Shown piece by piece: positions 1 to 10,700 of a stretch of DNA of 64,000 nt; position 1 is the first letter of the stretch; every line of letters begins with the position of its first letter. The stretch is from NCBI RefSeq assembly GCF_001194135.2, contig NC_068995.1, forward strand, positions 35,365,159 to 35,429,158, given 5' to 3'. Source of the DNA: Octopus bimaculoides (taxonomy: Eukaryota). Both the position numbers and the translations under genes were made by a program. The notes under the pieces are model-generated. The model searched no databases. It saw only the letters and a list, made by a program, of their open reading frames with translations, and was not told the origin of the DNA.

Positions 1-34
1 TATATATATATATATGCATACATACATATATATA

Positions 35-262
35 TTGAGTTGTCTGGAAAGTTCGTGCCGATTTTTAAAGTAAAGGAAAAGGTCAATAAAAACTTGCCAT
101 TACATTGTTGATTAACCAAATATGAACCATTTTGTTGCACAATGCGTCTCCAGCTTTCCTTTAACTTCAAAATACCCTCTCCCCTGAATTGAGGTGGTTT
201 CATGGCAATTAAGTCGAAACGTAATCTACTATAAATCGGCACGAACTTTCCGTACAACCCAA
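35..262 (-). mobile_element. Mariner-derived MITE / internal-deletion derivative (228 bp)
   Basis: ~30-bp TIRs (TTGAGTTGTCTGGAAAGTTCGTGCCGATTT vs reverse complement TTGGGTTGTACGGAAAGTTCGTGCCGATTT) with TA on both sides; minus strand keeps a mariner transposase C-terminus (GEGILKLKESWRRIVQQNGSYLV). Confidence 0.88.
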
Positions 263-614
263 TATATATATATATATATATATTATAAGTAAGGGTATCT
301 AAGAGAGACCACCATGCTCGACATAGCGGTCAAAACCTAACTCTAAAGCCACATCATGTATTCAATACAGCACAAGGTGAGTTGATTGAAATGATCGTAC
401 TGCATTACCTCTGGATATCCTTGTTGCTTATTTTGGTTCTAATCACCTTACTTTGAAATTGTATGGATAATACCGTACTAAATTCTGGTGCCTCAACGTA
501 AGTACCATATTCACCTGAATCTAAATTTTTGCTGAACTCGTCTTTAAAATAAGTGCATTTTCAAACCTTTTTTCATATATATTTCCACTCGTACGGTATT
601 CCACAACTTTACTT

Positions 615-659
<45 letters not shown>

Positions 660-1905
660 TAGATATATTGATTGAGAGAGAGAGAGAGAAATCATATGAC
701 ATTGTAAAATATGTGGTTAGGGAAATTGTTGACACTCCTATAATCTCTCTAGGCTTTTGTCCTTGTTATTTGCATTTCTCAGGTTTCGCGTGCAGTTCTA
801 ACCATTTCTTGCGTACGTTCTTGTTCGAGATGTATTGGAGAATATTCATGAAGCGCTATGTCAATATGAGGTTTGTGAAATAACAGTTTAATGTTATCAA
901 TATATATTTTAAAACATATAATCAATGATAGACTGATCCTATAGGAAGCCTTCAATAATAACAAATACTATTCTGAGTTTTATAACATCCGTCACTGAAT
1001 CGAGGAATTGGTGTGTGTACAATGTAACTATTTTCATCGATAGAAGATAATTATTTTGTTAGGTTTTGCGATTTATATCTGACAGCTACCTTTTACACAG
1101 AATACGATAGTGTCAATTAACAAAACTAACAATTACTCTTAAAACAGATAAAAACACCTGAAGTTCACATATATTCATCTCATAGTGATCTTCAGAGATA
1201 CGGTTAAAATATTTTACTCTTCATAAACGCATAAAGGTTCAAAAATATAAAGTTAAATATCTTATCTGTGCCACTATCTCTTGTCTGTCTGATCTATTAA
1301 TGTATAGATGTGAAAGTATTTACCTAAATACATCGCGTTCACCACCACGTCTATGCATTTCTCTAAATTAGGAATTTTATCCGTTAATTACTCATGAATC
1401 TTTCTCGCTTCCCCTCACTCTATCTATAAGTAATCTATTTTTCTATTTATTTACATGTCTGTTTGAATAATGTTTGCTTCCTAAAATATATACCTAGTTT
1501 TAGATATAATATACCACTGTACATTATGCGTGCCTGTATGTATATACGTATGGCTTTTGCTTCTTGAGTGTTTTCTAAATCCACAACATTCTATATATCA
1601 TATTCTTATAACATATTTTGTTCTCTTTTATATTTATCCGTTTTTCATTTTCAACTCTTTCCTCTTTATCTCTCTATCATGTTATGCGTGTGGTTATGTA
1701 GTGTATGATTTTCTTTCATGTTGATGGCTAAAGATATATATATATATATGTATGCATGTATGTATGTATAATGTATATACACATGGATATAATGACAGAC
1801 ATACTTAAATTGTGAAAGGAAAAAGATGGTATAAGAAGGGTAATATATAAAAGAAGTATAAGTTCATGCACAAGAGGCTTCAATAAAATGACGTTGGGAG
1901 TACGG

Positions 1906-1937
<32 letters not shown>

Positions 1938-2546
1938 TAGAAGAAGCAATACACAAAGAAACAAACAACAAGCGAGTTTGAAAAGAGGTATAAAATAGCG
2001 AACACTAGGTAAACATATTGTCAAAAATGAGCAATACAAAGCACCAAGGAAAAGAGAAGGAAAGAAAAATCTTACGCAACTGCAAGAGTTCTCAAAATCT
2101 ATGGAAATAAAACAAAAAATAATGCTACATGGAGAGATGAAAGTTTCACATATAGAGAAAGACACAATGAAGAAATAATGATTTCACCTGAGGTAACAGT
2201 ACTTGCTTATTTTCAATATACAAGTTATGTTATTCTAATTCATCCGCAAATGGAAAGATGCTCTGTAAGTGAGGAGATATGTTAATGGGTCTGCTTCGTT
2301 GTATATTGTCAGTGGTTTTGTTGATTATCAGCGTCAAACTAATATTCTCAGGCAATTTAGATTATATATAAATAATTGAATAATGAAAGTAGCGAAACTC
2401 TGTGTGTGTGTGTGTGTGTGTGTGTACGTGTGTTTGTGTGTGTGTGTGTGTGCTTGTGTGTATATGCGCGCGCGTGTGTCCATGTGTGCGTGCGGGCGCG
2501 TGTTTGTGCATTTGTGCGTAAATCAGAACTAAATTACATGTAAATA

Positions 2547-2722
2547 TAATCCTTTCTAGCCTAGACATAAGGCAAGCAATTTTTGGAGACAGGGTGGGGT
2601 TAGTCGATGACATCAACCCCCAGCATTCAAGTAGTCCTTATTTCATTGATCCTGAAAAGATGTAAGGCACAATTGACCTCGGCGGAATTTGAACATAGAA
2701 CGTAAAAATGGACGAAATCCCA
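2547..2722 (-). mobile_element. Decayed tRNA-derived SINE (family with GGGGTCGAT/AAGTACC core), 5'-truncated
   Basis: Reverse complement matches the SINE copies at 16574-16790 and 37693-37925 (ATTTCGTCC..GTTC..TTCAAATTCCGCCGAGGTC, tail AGAAAGGATTA). Confidence 0.7.
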
Positions 2723-2887
2723 CTAACTTTAAAAATAAAGCTTCACTGCAGATTAATAAGAATAACAATGTAAATATATTTCTTCCCTACTACTAGATAA
2801 GAAGTGAGGAAGCCCTTGTTTCATGGTTTGTTGACTGTTCGTGAGAGAAGACATAACCATGCTCTTTACCCTATAAATAATAGAGCC

Positions 2888-3641
2888 ATAGGCGTAGGAG
2901 TGGCTGTGTGGTAAGTAACTTGCTTACGAACCTCATGGTTCCAGGTTCAGTCCCACTGCGTGGCACCTTGGGCAAGTGACTTCTACCATATCCTCGGGCC
3001 GACCAAATCCTTGTGAGTGGATTTGGTAGACGGAAACTCAAAGAAACTCAAAGATTAAAGCGGAAAGCTGGTAGAAACGTTAGCGCACCGGCCGAAAAGA
3101 TTAGCGGTATTTCGTCTGCCGTTACGTTCTGAGTTTAAATTCCGCCGAGGTCCACTTTGCCTTTCATCCTTTCGGGGTCGATAAATTAAGTACCAGTTAN
3201 NNNNNNNNNNNNNNNNNNNNNNNNNNNNNNNNNNNNNNNNNNNNNNNNNNNNNNNNNNNNNNNNNNNNNNNNNNNNNNNNNNNNNNNNNNNNNNNNNNNN
3301 NNNNNNNNNNNNNNNNNNNNNNNNNNNNNNNNNNNNNNNNNNNNNNNNNNNNNNNNNNNNNNNNNNNNNNNNNNNNNNNNNNNNNNNNNNNNNNNNNNNN
3401 NNNNNNNNTGTGTGTGTGTGTGTTATGTGTGTGTGTACATGTTTTTGTGTCTGTGTTAGTCCCCCAAACATCGCTTGACAAACGATGCTGGTGTGTTTAC
3501 GTCCCGTAACCTAGCGGTTCGGCAAAAAGACCGATATAATAAGTACTAGGCTTACAAAGAATAAGTCCTGGGGTCTGTTTGCTCGACTAAAGGCGGTGCT
3601 CCAGCATGGCCACACTCAAATGACTGAAACAGGTAAAAGAG
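2888..3641 (+). mobile_element. tRNA-head/CORE-type SINE with internal (TG)n linker and 3' domain, interrupted by a second SINE
   Basis: Head with A/B-box-like motifs (TGGCTGTGTGGTAAG; GGTTCAGTCCC), CORE-like GGCACCTTGGGCAAGTG..TGTGAGTGGATTTGGTAGACGGAAACT, then after the gap (TG)n and the 3' domain ending TGACTGAAACAGGTAAAAGA; same three-part layout at 44324-44874 and 61099-61682. Confidence 0.85.
3067..3199 (+). mobile_element. tRNA-derived SINE nested inside the previous SINE (3' end lost in gap)
   Basis: GCTGGTAGAAACGTTAGC..TTCTGAGTTTAAATTCCGCCGAGGTC..CCTTTCGGGGTCGATAAATTAAGTACCAG, nearly identical to 37703-37830. Confidence 0.88.
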
Positions 3642-4468
3642 TAAATGTGTATTGATTGTAAAGCAATTTTAAATTGAATTAGTACATTTGAGGATAGCCT
3701 AATTTGCCTCTTTTTGTTTGCTTTTGCCGGTTTGTAACGAATTAGAAGCATCTAGAAAGACACAATACAGCTGAAAACAGAACTTATATAAATGTAAGTA
3801 TTATAAAGCCTATTATTAGGTTAAATAACATTAAAAATAAAAGTAAAAACGATTTACATATTTTCACAGATTTGCATGTTGTGAGCGAAGTATCTTCCAT
3901 TGACCTGTAATGAGATCACGTCTAGGGAAGTAATCATACGTGCCAAATTTTATATTACATATTACCAATAAAGTTTGGTAACCTGAAATTTAGAGACGTC
4001 ACTATCTTGTCTTGTGTAAGATTGATTTTCATTTCATTAACACTAATGACTTTTCTTCCTCTTAGGTTTATAATTTTCAAATCATAAAAATTTACATCCC
4101 ACGAATTATTTTACCAATCATAACCTACTCTTAATTTTGTTTTTCATTCAGTCTCAGAGCTCTCCTCGGGCAGATTTTACGCTGTCATTATATTTATATA
4201 CTAGCAGTAATACTCGTCGTTGATTTCTTTTACTCTTTCTCGGGAGCCACATTCAAAGTGTTATTATGTATATAGATTTACTCCTCCTGTATGTGAGTAT
4301 TTTATGAGAAAACACGTGATAATTGAAGTAGAAAATAGATCAGTTTCATACACGAACTTCTGTTTGTTTATTATATGATAATAATAAGTGAGTTGTACGT
4401 GTTATTTTATATATCAATACAGTAATGGCAATTATATAATACACAGGGCATTGGTCGGCACAGAGCTA

Positions 4469-5726
4469 TTAGGTTGTGAAGAAAGTTCTTGCGGAATTTT
4501 TAATTTTGGTTTTAAATGAATTATTTTGAAATTAATTTTCGTGAAATTACTTTGCCTTTGTATATCATTTTAAAGACCGTTTTTCGCTCTATATAATCGT
4601 GTTACTCTTTTTATTTTTGAATAATTAGGCTATTTTTCCGGAACGTTAAATACAACCTGAACAAAATGCAAATTTGCACAGTTTTCTTATTCCAGTTCAA
4701 GCTAGGCCGAAAAGCTGCTGAAACAGCTCCCGATATCAACGATGCGTTTGGCCCAGGAACCACTAATGAACGTACAGCACAATAGCGGTTCAAGAAATTT
4801 CATAGCGGTGACGAGAGTCTTGACGATCATAAGCGTGGTGGTCGGCCATAGGATGTTGACAACGATCAACTAAGAGCCTTAGTGGAAGCCAATTCACGCA
4901 CAACTGTTCGAGAGCTTGCTTCTGAATTAACCGTAACGTATACGACAATTTTCAACTACTTGAAAGAGATTGGAAAAACAAAAATACTTGAGAAAAGGGT
5001 GCCACTCGAATTGAACGACGACCCAAAAATAAAACGCCGTTTTGAAGTATCATCTTCCCTTCTTTAACGCAACAAGAACGACCCTTTTCTGGACCGGATT
5101 GTGACTTGCTATGAAAAGTGGATTCTTTACGACAACCGGCGACGCTCAGCTCAGTGGTTGGGCGCCGACGAAGTTCCACGGCACTTCTCGAAGCCAAAGT
5201 TGCGCTAAAAGAAGACCATGGTAACTGTTTGGTGGTCTGCGGCCGGTCTCGTCCATTACGGCTTTTTGGATCCAGGCGAAACCATTACGGCGGGGAAGTG
5301 CTGTCAGCATATGGATGAAATGCATAAGAAACTCCGGCAACAACAGCCAGCATTCTTCAATAGAAAATGACCAATTCTTCTCCACGACGACGCGCGGCCG
5401 CACGAATTGGACTACGAAACTCTGCTTCATCGGCCATACTCACCAGACCTCTCGCCTACCCACTATCACTTTTGCAAGCATCTCGACAACTTCCTACGTG
5501 AGAAATACTTCAAAAACCAAGACGATGCCAAACACGCCTTCAACGACTTCATCGCCACCAGAACGCAGGATTTTTACGCTACTGGCATAAGTAAACTTGT
5601 TTCGCGTTGGCAAAATTGTGCCGATTCTGATGGTGTTTATTTCACTTAATAAAGTTTTGTTTGAGCCAAGATATGTGCATCTGAATTTAAAGGTTAAAAA
5701 CCGCAAGAATCTTCTTGACAGCCTAA
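4469..5726 (+). mobile_element. Full-length mariner transposon (cecropia subfamily, Hsmar1-like), 1258 bp, inactive
   Basis: TIRs TTAGGTTGTGAAGAAAGTTCTTGCGG / TTAGGCTGTCAAGAAGATTCTTGCGG, TA duplication at 4467-4468 and 5727-5728, size typical of mariner, internal transposase pseudogene. Confidence 0.95.
4657..5649 (+). pseudogene. Mariner DD34D-family transposase pseudogene
   Basis: Stitched translation gives FLFQFKLGRKAAET, FLDRIVTCYEKWILYDNRRRSAQWL, MVTVWWSAAGL, ILLHDDARPH, HRPYSPDLSPTHYHFCKHLDNFL, DFYATGISKLVSRWQNC; start codon mutated to CTG, several stops/frameshifts and a short deletion after HDDARPH. Confidence 0.95.
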
Positions 5727-5933
5727 TATAATGAAAGAGAATTTCCCAACGTGCCGCACAGTGGAACTGAACCCAAGGTGACATGTTTGGAAAGCAAGAT
5801 TCTCAACCCCACAGCCACGCCTATAAAGGAGAGATGCATTTTGAATAATATACTCCTTGATACAATATACTTAAGAAAAAGATGGTTTTAATATTTACTC
5901 TAGCAACGCAACAACTAACAACGCTACACCATA

Positions 5934-6188
5934 CAGGGTATTCCAGAATTAACTGTGCTTCAATGAAATTGAGCAAATTAAAAGGCGGACACAATTTTGT
6001 TTGTTAGGCAAACAAATAGATTTATAAATCTTACGTCTAACTTTTATTGAAAATTTGCAACACATCTGTATCCCTGCATACTTCAAATCTCTCCTTAGCG
6101 TTTTGAAACACACTTCGAAGCATTTCAGGAGTTAGCTCCTGCACTGCTAACTGAATGTGTTCTTTAAGCTCAGCTAAACGATTTCTGC
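5934..6188 (-). mobile_element. Tc1/mariner-superfamily 3' end fragment (one TIR plus transposase C-terminus)
   Basis: TA-CAGGGTATTCC terminus; minus strand reads RLAELKEHIQLAVQELTPEMLRSVFQNAKERFEVC, the typical Tc1-like last helix. Confidence 0.65.
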
Positions 6189-6364
6189 ATCTTGGTGGTA
6201 AAGAAAATGATTGCTGCTAAATTGAAAAGGAGCTGTCATGGACAAATAACAGGGGTCTAACAGGAATGAAAATGAAATTATAAACAAAATTCAAAACATG
6301 AAAAACATAAATGAAAGTGAGTTTAAAAAAAAAACTGCATCCGATTTCACTCAAATCATCATTA

Positions 6365-6432
6365 ATTCTATCGACCCCACTTGAACTCAAAATGTAAAGA
6401 CGGACGAAATGCCGTTAAGCATTTTGTCAGAA
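6365..6432 (-). mobile_element. Short SINE fragment
   Basis: TTGAACTCAAAATGTAAAGACGGACGAAATGCCGTTAAGCATTT is the reverse complement of the SINE head seen at 16610-16650. Confidence 0.6.
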
Positions 6433-6468
6433 GTGAAGTCCTAACAATTCTGCCAGATCACTGCCTTC

Positions 6469-6651
<183 letters not shown>

Positions 6652-6828
6652 ATTCCTATTTGCATCAAGAAGCTGAACATTCGTTACAACATATCACCAA
6701 AGATCTACTGAAAATATGGTTATGTACACACATAATTATATAAAAAACTGAAGATAAGATCAAAAGGCTATATAAAATATGAAAACGTATTAAAATACAG
6801 ACAAAATACGTACATCAGCACACGTACA

Positions 6829-6930
6829 TACAAGACAAAGGCCTTGACTTATGCAAGAATGATCCATTGGGAACTCTGCGGAAATCACAGCCTACAAAGA
6901 GCAAAGACATGGTATCAGCGTATCCCACGA
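6829..6930 (+). mobile_element. Fragment of an RLE-type (R4/Dong/NeSL-like) non-LTR retrotransposon, zinc-knuckle region
   Basis: Reads YKTKALTYARMIHWELCGNHSLQRAKTWYQRIP, resembling the YKxRHDxVAxxIHWxLCxxxxLxxxxxWYxHxP motif that precedes the restriction-like endonuclease. Confidence 0.55.
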
Positions 6931-7613
6931 ATTTGGCACTGAGCGAGACAAGTTCTACTATCAGCCTTGGAGTTTCTACAGGTGGTACTCTGAAAAGAGA
7001 GCTTCTGTACTAGACTACCGGTCAGACTGCATGTTTTCTGCACATTCAGAATTGAATAGGATTCCGGGTAGATTTTTCATGTCCTTAAACTTTGCATGTT
7101 CATGCAGACCTCATAGAATTACAAGTTGCACTTAACTCTCCTCTCCTTAACTAACCATCCTGCACTGTGCCTCAGAAGATCAGAACAAAGTGTGCACACT
7201 AATATCACTAGCTGTAAAAAGTTACTGCTTCATTCCATATATTTTGAAAACAGATATCAGCTGTGTCCCTGGTCGTCATTCTTAACGACCAGACACACAT
7301 CTTTTTCTACGCTAAGTCTTTCCATGATATATTTGTCAAGCATCGCTCCACACAGCGGCCAGTTATTCTTCAGTGTACTTCTTCGCAATAATATTACGGT
7401 CCATTTCTATTTTTGAGAATCAGAATGATGACATTATGCCTCTCTACCTTCTTTAAGGGAAATCTTCTGGCACAGAAATTCTGTCTCCATTTTTATGTTG
7501 TAACACGAAGAATGATAAATTTTGCTAGGCACAGCTCATTGGTGACATTACTGTGGCCTCCATATTGCTATTGCAGATGGTAACACATTTTGCTATTTTT
7601 GTCTTGTCACTTA

Positions 7614-7793
7614 CGACGGGGCGTTGAAAAGTTCCTGACTTTAAGGGTATTGCAAAAGGCCTAGTTGTAGGCCCAACATTCCGAATTCTTTTACAGGACA
7701 TTGAAAACTGAAAGACTGTTGCAATGAGTGTGTGAATCTGATTCTCCTGTATTTTCTTTTATCCAAAGTCAGGAACTATTCAGGACCTTCACG
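7614..7793 (+). mobile_element. Mariner-type MITE (180 bp)
   Basis: Imperfect TIRs CGACGGGGCGTTGAAAAGTTCCTGACTTT / CGTGAAGGTCCTGAATAGTTCCTGACTTT, flanking TA, internal KDCCNECVNL resembling a mariner C-terminus. Confidence 0.75.
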
Positions 7794-10700
7794 TACTTTT
7801 TGAGCACTTCAGACAGACATTTTAACAATCTCCGTCCATACGTTTTCAGAAATGCTTATTTTTTCCCTTCAGGATCACTACGCAAGCAAAATATGTACTA
7901 TTATATCGTTACCGCTGTTGGTTATTTCTACTGGGTGTGTTAAAGCACGAGATGATATTTTAGAAATGCGCTATATGTGCAACATTTATTTTCTTTTTAT
8001 TGATTATGTTTTATTAATCTACTTCATTTTTGAAGCTTTAAAAATGTTCGTGTAAATTTTGGTAACATACTGCCTTCATTTTGGGGGCTTGTTACTCCTC
8101 TGTAAACCACATTAAAGTTCTTGTAAATGTGGCGAACAAATATAAAGTAAGCCCGGTGAACCGAAGTTTGAATGTTATGCATAAAAATGCAAAAGATATT
8201 GCTTGCAAATTTCTGCATCTCCAGAAACAAATTGGCTGGGAACTATCGAATATAACGACATTCAAAATAAAGGGTCGGATCTTGCTCTTCGAATACTTAT
8301 AGATTAGCATATCTTAAATGAACACATGGAATACTTTTCTATACTATTTAAATTATTTACAGTAACCTTTTATTGATAAACGCAAGCAACTTCAATATGT
8401 ACGTATAGTATCTTCAACTAAAATTATCCAAATGTAAAAGATTAATTCACTTCTAACAGACAAGTTCAAGAAATTACAGTCCAAAACCAAATTTGTGTCA
8501 TAAACGTAATTAATATTTGAAAGAAAAATATATGTAAGGAAAATACAAATGACGTTAAATAATTAAGCTACAAAAAGCAGAAAAGTTTACAAATATATAG
8601 AATTGAAGATTTAAACTTTGAGAACTTAAGCCATTACTTTATGTGCAAGACATGCAAAATAGTTAAAAGTAATACAATAAAATCATATACGAAAACACCT
8701 TTTGAACATAGAACAGCAAAATTTAAACCAGCTACATACAATAAAAAATATATATAAAGAAATATGAAAAAAATTTAGAACAGAAATATTAAAGATAAAA
8801 ATTATTAATATGACAAAAGCAAAATAGATAAAGAAATAAAATCAATAAACGCGCCTAACGAGAGAGTTACCCAAATATAATCACTAAACGATAAAATATC
8901 AAAAACAATTGAAAGCGCAGACATGGTTAGTGTAAACATAATCGAAACAGATACACAAAAATGGTAGGATAAATTGAATATATGCTACAGTTTCAGTTGT
9001 TACAATGGAAAAAATTGATACTGTCTTAGATTTACTTGAGCAGGAGCATCAAACTTCATCACTGAACGAAGAAAACGGGGGACAATCGAAAATAAAAAGA
9101 AACTTCTTTTCCTACTTCGTGAAGTCACAAATGAGAAGATAGAAATGCAAGAGATTCTTTCTTTTTACTTACAGAATTTAGGTGATGTTTCCTTCGCCTC
9201 CGTTATCCCTCCTACACTGGTGAGATTTCAGCCATTCATCTTGAACCTTTGTGAGTCAAGCCTGGAAAAAAATATGAGGTGAAAGGGAACTCGAAAGGAA
9301 AATTGTTATGGGAAGGAGAAATTGGATGCTAGAATTAGTATGAGATATGAGGGGCATGAGTCCCCGGGCAGGAGTGCTTAATTTGAAATGGTATGTCACA
9401 AACCAACTCTGCGTAGCAGGTGCCATTACATTATCAGAAGCAAAAGTAGAAAAAGGATAAAACGCGCATGTGGGCCACAGAGAGGAAAGTTCCTTTAGGT
9501 AAATTTACGACAATCGGACAATAGCCTTTTATTGGAGACGGATCAGAGTGTTTGTGTGTGGATGAACACCATCTCAAATGCAGGAGGAAACAAAATTTTG
9601 ATTTTCACGAGAGTTTTGTAGACTGTCAATAATTATTAGAGATTCAAATGTCTCCTGGCCTGAAAGGGATGAGTCACACTTTAGGATGCTGTCCTACCCA
9701 CCGTAAAGATGTGTTTTTAACACATCTTTAACGTAGATAACTTAATTTTAGTGAGACCTAACAACTGAAATAATTTTGAGAGATCTAGCCGGATTATATA
9801 GTGGATACTCTGAGATTTTCTTGATATGTGTAGCGTTTTCGTTTTCTTACTGTTAGTACATAACTATAGCATAAAAAGCAGTACTCAAGGTCAGAGAGCG
9901 CTTGAAACAAGAGATATTAGATAAATCGGAAAACAACACGTGATTATAGAAAGCGACATCAATCAATTTCTTCAACAAACCATATTTCGATGCCAGCGTA
10001 AAAAGCCTTTTTGCGAAGTATTAGATAGAATAAATTAGAAATCAATGCAGTATCGCCACATCGAACATCATTAAAAAAAGGAAAAACCTGTGTGTGGAGT
10101 ATGGACAGTAAACTATTTCCTTTATCGTTAATGTTTAAAATACGAAACGTAACAAAGAAAAGCACTGGAAAAATCATAGGATGTTATATCATCTGAAGGC
10201 GTAATCCAAACAACATAAAAGAAAAAAATAATTGGTAAAAACCATGAATTTTTCTGTAGGAAAGTTATAACATCCAAAATGATTTTAAAAATCAGTTATA
10301 TTTGTTGGTTTTAGAACGATCCTATTATTACATGGATCGGTTGTGAGTGGAAAGAAAACAGATATACATTGGAACTATACAAAACGTTAGGACTTTAAAA
10401 GAAACCAAATACAACGTAAGTCTTCAGAGTGTTACAAGGAGACCATACTCTTGGATATGTCGATTTAGACAAATAGGTAAATTGAGTTACACGGTTGATA
10501 TATTGTCAACAATGTTACATAAAACCAAACCTCTTAATTGATATATGAATTCTAAAAGACGAATTTGTGTTTCTGAAAGAAATGTAAATACTCCCTGTCA
10601 ATGAAGCATTTGATATATAAATATCCATAACATGATTATTGAAAACAAAAGCATTTTCCATAAAATATGCAGCATGCGAATAATAAGAGATGCACACAAA

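Larger units (their letters stand above)
4441..5823 (-). mobile_element. CORE-type SINE head split in two by the mariner insertion
   Basis: Removing 4469-5726 and one TA rejoins a minus-strand sequence TAGGCGTGGCTGTG..GGTTCAGTTCCACTGTGCGGCACGTTGGGAAATT..TTA-TAGCTCTGTGCCGACCAATGCCCTGTG, colinear with the head at 2888-3020. Confidence 0.75.

Noticed and set aside
290-600. Two consensus splice donors (CAAG/GTGAGT, CAAC/GTAAGT)
   Set aside because: No open exon frame or clear acceptor; may be repeat-derived but I cannot assign it.
2888-2970. tRNA-like sequences with A and B boxes (also 16574, 37693, 44800-44874)
   Set aside because: They continue into SINE bodies and lack a complete cloverleaf with acceptor stem; they are SINE heads, not tRNA genes.
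7852-8055. Strong plus-strand splice acceptor (TTTTTTCCCTTCAG) and hydrophobic ORF
   Set aside because: No recognisable domain, no convincing matching donor or partner exon; not distinguishable from chance without RNA data.
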